DNA of 24,000 nucleotides from an uncultured Candidatus Saccharibacteria bacterium. GTDB lineage: Bacteria; Patescibacteriota; CPR2_A; CG2-30-33-46; CAYZYZ01. Location of the stretch: positions 1 through 24,000 of the forward strand of contig CAYZYZ010000006.1 of NCBI GenBank assembly GCA_964482765.1, given 5' to 3'. The position numbers and the translations under genes are program-made. Below, piece after piece: positions 9,040-17,098 of this stretch. The notes beneath the pieces are model-generated. The model was not told where the DNA came from. It saw only the letters and a list, made by a program, of their open reading frames with translations, and did no database searches. Within the stretch, counting starts at the first letter, position 1, and each line of letters starts with the position of its first letter.

Positions 9040-9901
9040 AATTTTTAATTCTATTTAGCACGGCTTTAATCGAAAAGTCAGGAGTCGAAGCACCAGCGGT
9101 AACGCCAACCGACTTAACCTTTAGAAACCAATTTTTTTGAAGCTCTTTTTCGTTCTCAATGTGATGAGTTAAAACTATCTCCTCACAGATTTCTTTTAGC
9201 CGTGTAGTATTAGAAGAATTCTTCCCGCCTATGACAATCATTATATCCACTTTCTTAGCCAGTTGTCTAGCCGCCTCTTGGCGCTTTTCAGTGGCGTCAC
9301 AAATGGTGTTGAAGATTTTTGGATTTCGATAATTTGCTCGCAAAAAGCTGGCGAGTTTTTCGAATTCTTCCAAATTCTGGGTGGTCTGGGAGATCAAGGC
9401 AATCTTTTTCAGCCCTAGGCTGATCCCGACCTTGCTTTGGCGAGCGTCGGGACTTCCTTTAATTATTTTTTTAACGTCTTCAATTCCTTTTATTATTATA
9501 GCCTTCGGCGCATAACTCTTTATTCCCTGAACTTCGGAGTGAATGGTTTCGCCAAAAATTAGAACTTTATACCCTTCTTTTTCTAATTTTTCGGCCAGCT
9601 TTTGAACTCTTTTAACATAAGGACAGGTAGCGTCGATTAGCTTGAAGTCCTTGGCTTTTAATTCTTCTTCCAGTTCTTTGGAAACCCCGTGAGAACGAAT
9701 TGCAACTTTGTCTGACTTTATATCTTCCAAATCACTGGCAACAAACACATTTCTTGTTTCCAGATATTTAATAAATTCGCCATTATGAACTAGGGGGCCT
9801 AAAGTAAAAACCTTCTCTTTACCTTTTTTAGAAAGAATAAGTTTAGAGGCTCTCTCTGCCCCGAAACAAAACCCTGCTTCTTTGGCAATCAAAATTTTCA
9901 T
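9032..9901 (-). CDS. ispH: 4-hydroxy-3-methylbut-2-enyl diphosphate reductase
   Basis: 289 aa with GFCFGAERA, PLVHN, ATCPYVKRVQ and SQTT motifs, plus the Cys ligand positions typical of IspH/LytB. Confidence 0.9.
   Translation of the reverse strand: MKILIAKEAGFCFGAERASKLILSKKGKEKVFTLGPLVHNGEFIKYLETRNVFVASDLEDIKSDKVAIRSHGVSKELEEELKAKDFKLIDATCPYVKRVQKLAEKLEKEGYKVLIFGETIHSEVQGIKSYAPKAIIIKGIEDVKKIIKGSPDARQSKVGISLGLKKIALISQTTQNLEEFEKLASFLRANYRNPKIFNTICDATEKRQEAARQLAKKVDIMIVIGGKNSSNTTRLKEICEEIVLTHHIENEKELQKNWFLKVKSVGVTAGASTPDFSIKAVLNRIKNYA
9424..9452. repeat. TCCCGAC-N15-GTCGGGA inverted repeat inside ispH
   Basis: 7-bp GC-rich arms at 9424-9430 and 9446-9452. Encodes SPDARQSKVGI. The arm sequence matches the CCCGAC palindrome family seen elsewhere in the window. 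Confidence 0.5.
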
Positions 9902-9920
9902 AGATGTTATTTTACCACAT

Positions 9921-9955
9921 ATCAGTAAACAATTAACAGTTAATAGATAACAGAA
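9921..9955. repeat. Period-7 array AACAGNN x5 (CTGTT heptad family, copy 2, opposite orientation)
   Basis: Plus strand reads ATCAGTA AACAATT AACAGTT AATAGAT AACAGAA. Lies between the terminator at 9963-9987 and the ispH start (9901). Confidence 0.75.
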
Positions 9956-9962
9956 TTAAGAA

Positions 9963-9987
9963 TAAAAAAAGAAGGCGAAGTGCCTTC
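9963..9987 (-). terminator. Rho-independent terminator after ORF 10018..10260
   Basis: Minus strand reads GAAGGC ACTTC GCCTTC followed by TTTTTTTATT: a 6-bp GC-rich stem, 5-nt loop and U-tract. Confidence 0.65.
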
Positions 9988-10017
9988 GGGGGTGTAATAA
10001 AATCTATAATCGAGGGG

Positions 10018-10260
10018 TCAATCTGTTGAACAAAGATTTGGTAAGGTAAAAATAGTTATATTGCCTTTCTGCTCTTTACTTTTTAACATATTTTCAACCT
10101 GCTTTACTGTTACTGAAAAATTGCCAAGGTTATTTTCTTTTATTCTCGTGTTTATTTCTAGTGTAAAAAATTCAGCTTCTGTAATATCTTCTCCACTAAC
10201 ATTTCCTATGCCAAACTTAAAAAGTTCATTGCCAACAGAATCATTAACTATATAAAGCAA
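10018..10260 (-). CDS. Hypothetical 80-aa protein (TTG start), no recognisable family
   Basis: Only an ORF-track entry. A purine-rich AAGGATGGTGA lies upstream of the TTG. Placed between ispG and ispH and followed by its own terminator. Confidence 0.3.
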   Translation of the reverse strand: MLYIVNDSVGNELFKFGIGNVSGEDITEAEFFTLEINTRIKENNLGNFSVTVKQVENMLKSKEQKGNITIFTLPNLCSTD

Positions 10261-10310
10261 CTATCTCACCATCCTTTCTTTTAAGGTACAATCTCTCTGG
10301 GTTCTTTTAG

Positions 10311-11360
10311 TTAGAGTAATTTTATTTGTTTTAAAAGTTCTGTCAAGAGCTTGCTTTCTGGCAAAGTTTTTATGACTTTTCCTTTTTTAAAAAGAACTCC
10401 TGCCCGCTTTCCGCCGGCTATGCCGATGTCGGCTTCCGAAGCTTCCCCTGGTCCATTCACTACACATCCCATCACCGCCACCTTAATCGGCTTTTTTATT
10501 TTCACCAATTCCTGCTCTACTTTATTGGCAAGTTTTATTAAATCGATTTCCGTCCTTCCGCAAGTCGGACAGGAAACCAAAACCGGTCCTCGTTCTCTTA
10601 AATTCAGCGCTTTTAAAATTTCCCACGCCACTTTAACTTCCTCTTCCGGATTATCAGTTAAAGAAACTCTTATGGTATCGCCGATGCCCTCTTCTAAAAG
10701 AATCCCCAACCCAATAGCGCTTTTAATTATACCGCTTTTAGGGGTACCGGCTTCAGTTATGCCGAGGTGTAAAGGATAATTAACTTTTTTCGATAATAGT
10801 CTATAAGATTCTATGGTTCGCAAAACATCAGAGGCCTTTAAAGAAACCGCAATATTTTTAAAATTCAGGTCTTCTAAAATTTCTATGTTTTCCAGGGCGC
10901 TTTTTGCCATTGCTTTAGGAGTGCGACCGTATTTTCTAACCAATTCTGGCTTTAGAGAGCCGATATTTACACCTACTCTTATGGGGATTTTTTTCTTTTG
11001 GCACGCCTTTACCACTTCTTTAACTTTATCTTTGGAGCCGATATTGCCGGGGTTTATCCTTATTTTATCCGCCCTGGCTCTTATAGCCTCTAAAGCCAGC
11101 TTGTAATCAAAATGAATATCTGCCACCAGAGGAATCTTAATCTCTTTCTTTATAGCTTTTATGGCTTTGGCTGCTTTTTCGTCCGGAACCGCCACCCTGA
11201 TAATCTCGCACCCGGCCTTTTCCAGTTCTTTAATCTGCTTAATTGTGGCTTTGGCGTCCCGGGTATCCGTATTTGTCATTGATTGAACAGCAACAGGATT
11301 TGAACCGCCAATTTTAACATTGCCGATTTTTATGACTTTCGTTTTCCTTCTTTTTATCAT
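10311..11360 (-). CDS. ispG: 4-hydroxy-3-methylbut-2-en-1-yl diphosphate synthase
   Basis: 349 aa with [31 protein letters not shown] and GCVVNGPGE motifs. Confidence 0.93.
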   Translation of the reverse strand: MIKRRKTKVIKIGNVKIGGSNPVAVQSMTNTDTRDAKATIKQIKELEKAGCEIIRVAVPDEKAAKAIKAIKKEIKIPLVADIHFDYKLALEAIRARADKIRINPGNIGSKDKVKEVVKACQKKKIPIRVGVNIGSLKPELVRKYGRTPKAMAKSALENIEILEDLNFKNIAVSLKASDVLRTIESYRLLSKKVNYPLHLGITEAGTPKSGIIKSAIGLGILLEEGIGDTIRVSLTDNPEEEVKVAWEILKALNLRERGPVLVSCPTCGRTEIDLIKLANKVEQELVKIKKPIKVAVMGCVVNGPGEASEADIGIAGGKRAGVLFKKGKVIKTLPESKLLTELLKQIKLL

Positions 11361-11365
11361 AAATT

Positions 11366-11400
11366 ATCTGTTAACTGTTAGCTGTTTACTGTTAACTGTT
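11366..11400. repeat. Period-7 array NNCTGTT x5 (CTGTT heptad family, copy 3)
   Basis: Read as ATCTGTT AACTGTT AGCTGTT TACTGTT AACTGTT. Occupies essentially the whole 40-nt frr to ispG spacer. Confidence 0.85.
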
Positions 11401-11949
11401 CTAGATTTCTCTTATTTCCTTTTCTTTCGCCCCAACCGCTTCATCTATCTTCTTCATGTAGTCATCAAGAATCTCCTGAATTAATTTTTCTCCCTTGAAT
11501 CTATCATCTTCTGAGATTTTTCCCGCTTTTTCTTTTTTCTCCAATTCCTCGATTGCTTCTCTTCTGGAATTTCTCATCCCCACCTTAACCTCCTCAGCCT
11601 TCTGATGAATTGTTCTCACTAGTTCTTCCCGCCGTTCCTCAGTTAAAAGCGGAATATTAATCCGCAAGACTGTGCCGTCATTTGTTCCGGTTAGTCCTAA
11701 ATCAGATTCATCTATGGCTTTTTCAATATCAGCAAGGGTCGATTTATCATAAGGGCTTATTACAATTAAACGAGGTTCGGGTGTGTTAATGGAGGCTAAC
11801 TGTTTTAACGGCGTAGGAACATTGTAATAATTTACCTTTGTATCCTCAACCAGTGCCGGAGTAGCCCTGCCAGTCCTTATAGATTTAATGTCTTCTTTAA
11901 AAAATTCAAGCGAACTTTCTAACTTTTGTTTAAATGTTTCTATTTCCAT
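11401..11949 (-). CDS. frr: Ribosome recycling factor
   Basis: 182 aa with IRTGRATPALVEDTKVNYYN, RLIVISPYD and LTEERREELVR. Confidence 0.95.
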   Translation of the reverse strand: MEIETFKQKLESSLEFFKEDIKSIRTGRATPALVEDTKVNYYNVPTPLKQLASINTPEPRLIVISPYDKSTLADIEKAIDESDLGLTGTNDGTVLRINIPLLTEERREELVRTIHQKAEEVKVGMRNSRREAIEELEKKEKAGKISEDDRFKGEKLIQEILDDYMKKIDEAVGAKEKEIREI

Positions 11950-11961
11950 TGTTTTTTGAGC

Positions 11962-12004
11962 CGTCCCGACCTGGGTCGGGGCGTGCGAAATCCGCCGAAG
12001 GCGG
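11962..12004. repeat. GC-rich palindrome (CCCGAC family) plus CCGCC/GGCGG hairpin in the pyrH to frr spacer
   Basis: CGTCCCGACCTGGGTCGGGGCG (11962-11983) and CCGCC-GAA-GGCGG (11992-12004). A further GGCGG complement (CCGCC on plus, 12013-12017) overlaps the pyrH stop. Confidence 0.75.
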
Positions 12005-12016
12005 GTTATCTACCGC

Positions 12017-13344
<1,328 letters not shown>

Positions 13345-13360
13345 ATATTCTCGCTATCGA

Positions 13361-13426
13361 GACCCTTGGATATACATTCCTTGCAAGGGTCGAAGACCCC
13401 GACAAAACCGTAGGTGGACGTCGGGG
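13361..13426. repeat. Two stem-loops in the rpsB to tsf spacer
   Basis: GACCCTTG-N15-CAAGGGTC (13361-13391) and CCCCGAC-N16-GTCGGGG (13397-13426, CCCGAC family arms). Neither is followed by a U-tract on the minus strand. Confidence 0.7.
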
Positions 13427-13429
13427 CTC

Positions 13430-14356
13430 TTATTCACTCCTCTTCTCAGGTAATGTCTTTAAAGATGGGGTTTTCTTGGCTTCTATCTCCTCCTCGTCTA
13501 TCTTCTCCTCTAACTTTTCCTCAATTTCCTCTATGTCTTCTTTTACCCCGACCCGGGTCGGGGTTGGTTTTTCTTTCTCATCCTTCTCATCTATGTCTTT
13601 ATCTTTTACTCCACTGGGCTTTACCCCGTTAGAAGTCCCCTCCGAAAGCGGGGCAGCCACCTCTGGTGACTTACTTCTAACGGAGTTTACTTCTAATATT
13701 GTCTGGGCTATCATGCTGGTTATTAGTTTAATAACCTTTAAAGCATCATCGTTTGAAGGAATTGGATAATCAACAAGAGTTGGATCAGCATTTGAGTCTA
13801 CAATGCCAACAATGGGTATTTCTAGCCTTCTTGCTTCTTTAACCGCTAAATATTCTTTTGTTATATCAATTATAAAAAGAATGTCAGGAAGCTCTCTTAA
13901 ACTTTCTAAACCGCCAATGGATTTTTCTAATCTTTCTAATTCTTTTTGTTTAACTATTCTCTCTTTTTTGATAAATTTCTCCCACTCGCCCTTCTCCTTT
14001 TCTTCTCTTAAATTTATGAGCTTCTTAACCTGCTTGATGACTGTCTGGAAATTAGTAAGCGTGCCTCCCAGCCATCTTTCGGAAACATAAGGCATATTTG
14101 CTTTTTCTGCTTCTTCTTTTATGGATTGCTGAGCCTGCTTTTTGGTGCCCACAAAAAGGATGTTCTTACCTTCCTGGACTGATTTTTTGACATATTCTAA
14201 GGCTTCTTCCAGTTTTTCTTTGGTCTTTGTTAAGTCAATAATGTGGATGCCGCTTTTTTTGGCAAAAATAAAAGGCTTCATTTTAGGATTCCATTTCTCG
14301 GATTTGTGCCCAAAATGAGCCCCGGCTTCCAATAAATCCTTAATCTCTACTTTCAT
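13430..14356 (-). CDS. rpsB: 30S ribosomal protein S2 with ~80-aa acidic C-terminal extension
   Basis: MKVEIKDLLEAGAHFGHKSEKWNPKM and ERWLGGTLTNF. I place the start at ATG 14356 because AGGAG lies 8 nt upstream; the track ORF start at 14380 adds 8 unlikely residues. Confidence 0.93.
   Translation of the reverse strand: MKVEIKDLLEAGAHFGHKSEKWNPKMKPFIFAKKSGIHIIDLTKTKEKLEEALEYVKKSVQEGKNILFVGTKKQAQQSIKEEAEKANMPYVSERWLGGTLTNFQTVIKQVKKLINLREEKEKGEWEKFIKKERIVKQKELERLEKSIGGLESLRELPDILFIIDITKEYLAVKEARRLEIPIVGIVDSNADPTLVDYPIPSNDDALKVIKLITSMIAQTILEVNSVRSKSPEVAAPLSEGTSNGVKPSGVKDKDIDEKDEKEKPTPTRVGVKEDIEEIEEKLEEKIDEEEIEAKKTPSLKTLPEKRSE
13545..13564. repeat. 20-bp perfect palindrome ACCCCGACCCGGGTCGGGGT inside the S2 tail
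   Basis: Read directly. Encodes PTPTRVGV in frame. Shares the 14-bp core CCGACCCGGGTCGG with 21792-21821. Confidence 0.9.
13624..13685. repeat. Composite inverted repeat CCCCGTTAGAAGT ... ACTTCTAACGGAG inside the S2 tail
   Basis: 13-bp arms with 1 mismatch (13624-13636 and 13673-13685) enclose a CCCC..CCGAAAGCGG..GG hairpin. The arms are related to the CCCCGTTAG units at 4525-4618 and 17099-17194. Confidence 0.75.
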
Positions 14357-14500
14357 AAAAAATTCTCCTTTCACCTCCACTTTCTCTTTTTTCAGAGCCT
14401 TGATTACCCTTACGGGCAGGAGCGGCTCGAAGAAAGTGTGAGTAGTTTTATTTTTTCTTAGGATTATCTGCGAATTTTTTGCGTAATCTGCGTATTAAAA

Positions 14501-14529
14501 AATATAACAGAAAGTATAAACTATGACAA
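14501..14529 (-). promoter_or_regulatory. Candidate sigma70-type promoter for rpsB-tsf
   Basis: Minus strand: TTGTCA (14529-14524), 17-nt spacer, TATATT (14506-14501). Located just downstream of the thyX-like stop. Confidence 0.4.
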
Positions 14530-14533
14530 TAGT

Positions 14534-16150
14534 TTAACCTTCAATCTCTCTGAGGTTTTGCTGGAATCCTTTTTCCAGGCTATCGAACATTGCTTTGTGA
14601 AACTCGTCATCAAAGTCTGGCACGGATTTTTTGACCCGTCCGCAAGACTTTTCTTCAAGGCAAAATCCAACCAGCTCGCACTTTATTTTCATGGCTTGAG
14701 CCACTTCATCCTGCCCTAACTCTCGTAATTTCTTCTGAATTGCCGACAACTCTTTCAGGGTCATGGACTGAAGATGCTCTTCCACTGTTGAACAAGTACG
14801 AACCGGATAATAACCGGAGAGCAAATTATATAAATTGTATTCTTGAAGAATATCCAACTTTACTGCCCGGGGCACTATGTAAATCGCCTCCGAAGGCTTT
14901 ACACCTTTTTCAATTAATTTTTCGTAGCAGTTTAAGGCATTCAATCCGACTTCCAAATATCTATACAGGAAATTTTTGTTTTCTTCTTTTTTAAGTTCAG
15001 GAGAAATGGCGAAGAATCTATCAATTTCTGATAATTCCTCTTTGGAAAGATTTTTCTCTTTTATTTTTTCGGAATAACCGCTTAAAAATTCCCGCGCTCT
15101 TTCCGTAGCAAAATACAAAGAGTCAGGAATCATGGGAACAGTTCGGTGGCGCTTCTTCTCGCCCCAAGCCCTCCAGGCAACTCGGGACAAAACCTTAACA
15201 TTTATCGCTTGTCCAAAATCGCGACAAATCTTCCTTTTCTCTTCCAAAAGCTTTTTCCAGCCAGTTTTAATCTTTTCTTTGGAGGAGAATGTTTCTTTTT
15301 CAAGTTCTTTTAAATTTTTAAGCCTTGTCTTAAGCTCTTCAGAATCTATCACTTCTAAACTTTCGATTCTGAAATTCTTCTGCGGAAGTTCTTCTTTTTC
15401 AATCAGCTCTCTCGCTAAATTTTTCTCGTTAGGATTTTTTAAAATGTTAGGAAAAGGATAAATATCACGCGGTGCTTCTAATCGTGTAGCGTAAAGATTT
15501 AAAACACCGAGGTTTTTCAACTCTTTCTCGATTGCTTCAAGAAATAAACCAGCTTCTTTTGGCATCCATTCCCTTTCCGCTTCGTATTCTCTTTTGAAAC
15601 CCACCAAAGATTCAATCGATAAAGAGATTATTCCGGTCCCGTAAATTCCGTAATGTAAAATTTTGGCGGTGGCGTCTTTGTCTAAACCTGCCTTTATTGA
15701 CTCCTTTAAAAATTTGATTATTTCAATTGATTGTTCTTCGTAATCTTTTTTGAGCTTTGGGTCGTCGGCAATTTGGTCTGGATAAACAATATCATCGGGA
15801 GTTGTATCCGTTCTCCGTCCAGATGCCATTAATGATGAAGAAAAAACAATCCCTGTAAAAAGCGTGTCTATAAACTTGCTTGCCTCATAATTGAAAGAAA
15901 AAACCGGTGTTGTAGCAATAGAAGCATGACCCCGTAAAGATGATTTTCTCAAAATCTTTAAAACTTTTTCATCGATATCCTGTCCTTTTTCCTTTGCCTC
16001 CTTATACAAGGCTTTAACTGATTTCCCTTTAAAGGTCAAAAGAGCCGAAAGAGCAGCAATGTCTTCCGGTTTTAATTCTCCTGTTTTGTCTTTTAAAACA
16101 GGGTTTATCCCTAAAAATTTAATATTTAAATCAGAAATTTTATAACTCAT
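14534..16150 (-). CDS. thyX: Long (538 aa) ThyX-like flavin-dependent thymidylate synthase family protein
   Basis: RHRTVPMIPDS fits the ThyX signature RHR-X7-S. The N-terminal LRGHASIATTPVFSFNYEAS resembles the GHxSxxEHxxFxF region. The C-terminal PRAVKLDILQEYNLYNLLSGYYPVRTCSTVEEH resembles the ThyX C-terminal helix region. AAGGA lies 7 nt upstream of the ATG, and the gene is adjacent to a Dcd-family gene. Confidence 0.55.
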   Translation of the reverse strand: MSYKISDLNIKFLGINPVLKDKTGELKPEDIAALSALLTFKGKSVKALYKEAKEKGQDIDEKVLKILRKSSLRGHASIATTPVFSFNYEASKFIDTLFTGIVFSSSLMASGRRTDTTPDDIVYPDQIADDPKLKKDYEEQSIEIIKFLKESIKAGLDKDATAKILHYGIYGTGIISLSIESLVGFKREYEAEREWMPKEAGLFLEAIEKELKNLGVLNLYATRLEAPRDIYPFPNILKNPNEKNLARELIEKEELPQKNFRIESLEVIDSEELKTRLKNLKELEKETFSSKEKIKTGWKKLLEEKRKICRDFGQAINVKVLSRVAWRAWGEKKRHRTVPMIPDSLYFATERAREFLSGYSEKIKEKNLSKEELSEIDRFFAISPELKKEENKNFLYRYLEVGLNALNCYEKLIEKGVKPSEAIYIVPRAVKLDILQEYNLYNLLSGYYPVRTCSTVEEHLQSMTLKELSAIQKKLRELGQDEVAQAMKIKCELVGFCLEEKSCGRVKKSVPDFDDEFHKAMFDSLEKGFQQNLREIEG

Positions 16151-16153
16151 ACT

Positions 16154-16188
16154 TATTCCTTATCGCATATTGCTTATTGCATTTTCTA
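16154..16188. repeat. Period-7 array TTATYGC in the dcd to thyX spacer
   Basis: Read as TTATTCC TTATCGC ATATTGC TTATTGC ATTTTCT. Confidence 0.7.
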
Positions 16189-16725
16189 GACTTGTTTTTC
16201 TTTTTTCTCTGTTGTAACTCTTCCGCCCTGCCACTGACCTCGATAAAGATGGGTTTTCCCGTCTACTTTGGAACACATAAAGTGGACGATGCGTGAACCC
16301 AGCTCAATTTCTACTGTTGCATCACCTACATTTTTTAAAGCAAGAGTTAATTCTCCTTGGTATCCTGGCGCAATCTGGGTAGTCATTAAAAATAAACCCA
16401 TTCTATGGAGCGTTGAGCGAGGCTTCAAAATTCCAACCAAATCCTGAGGCAAATTTACCTTTTCTATTGTTTTAACTAAATAAAAATCACCCGGTTTTAA
16501 TTTAACAACTCTTTTTTCTCCTTCTTTATAAACCGCCGCTGAAATAGTTTTGCAAGTTTTTCTCTCTGTTTCTCCCAAAAACCCCTCTCCTTGGATTTTG
16601 AAAAACTCACCAACTCTTAAATCAAAACCAGCTCCTTCGGGATTATTTAACTCCCTTTCACACAAACCTTCAACGAGTTTATCGTTTTGTACTTTTTTTA
16701 ACAATTCATCAACGCCTAAAAACAT
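16186..16725 (-). CDS. dcd: dCTP deaminase/dUTPase superfamily protein (Dcd-like)
   Basis: NLPQDLVGILKPRSTLHRMGL and IAPGYQGELTLALKNVG align by eye to the Dcd motifs GRSSLARLGL and PGWSGxIxLExxN. Confidence 0.8.
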   Translation of the reverse strand: MFLGVDELLKKVQNDKLVEGLCERELNNPEGAGFDLRVGEFFKIQGEGFLGETERKTCKTISAAVYKEGEKRVVKLKPGDFYLVKTIEKVNLPQDLVGILKPRSTLHRMGLFLMTTQIAPGYQGELTLALKNVGDATVEIELGSRIVHFMCSKVDGKTHLYRGQWQGGRVTTEKKEKQV

Positions 16726-16884
16726 TTATCACTTTAATTTTTACTTCTATTATCTTAACAATCTTTTTTTTGTTATCCAACCCCTTTTTTATCTACCAAT
16801 CGCTTCTAATATTGAAAACAGCTTCTATTTGTATTAAAACTTAAAACAAGGAACTTAATAAAAGAATTTAATAAAGGAGTTGGT

Positions 16885-17073
16885 ATGAATTTTTATAATG
16901 TCAAAAAGAGAAAATTGGTAGAAATTCCCGAAAGCCAGATTAAAAAAACGACCTACAAAGATCGCGGCAATCAGTTAAGATATGCTGTAAGAGCAACTGA
17001 CGATGACGGAACCAAGCTTACCAAATTTGTCTCCAAAGAAACCTGGGACGACTTAAGCGTTCCCGAAGAGTAA
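16885..17073 (+). CDS. Small 62-aa hypothetical protein; the only plus-strand gene
   Basis: AAAGGAG lies 6 nt upstream of the ATG, with a clean ORF. The pattern FYNVKKRKLVEIPESQIKKTTYKDRGN...DDDGTKLTKFVSKE suggests a small beta-rich protein. Confidence 0.5.
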   Translation: MNFYNVKKRKLVEIPESQIKKTTYKDRGNQLRYAVRATDDDGTKLTKFVSKETWDDLSVPEE

Positions 17074-17098
17074 TTGATTCTTACTTTTTTTCTTGTAA

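Noticed and set aside
14357-14380. Track start of rpsB at 14380 (MEVKGEFF-).
   Set aside because: The AGGAG sits inside that extension, 8 nt before ATG 14356. MKVEIKDLLEAGAHFGH is a normal S2 N-terminus.
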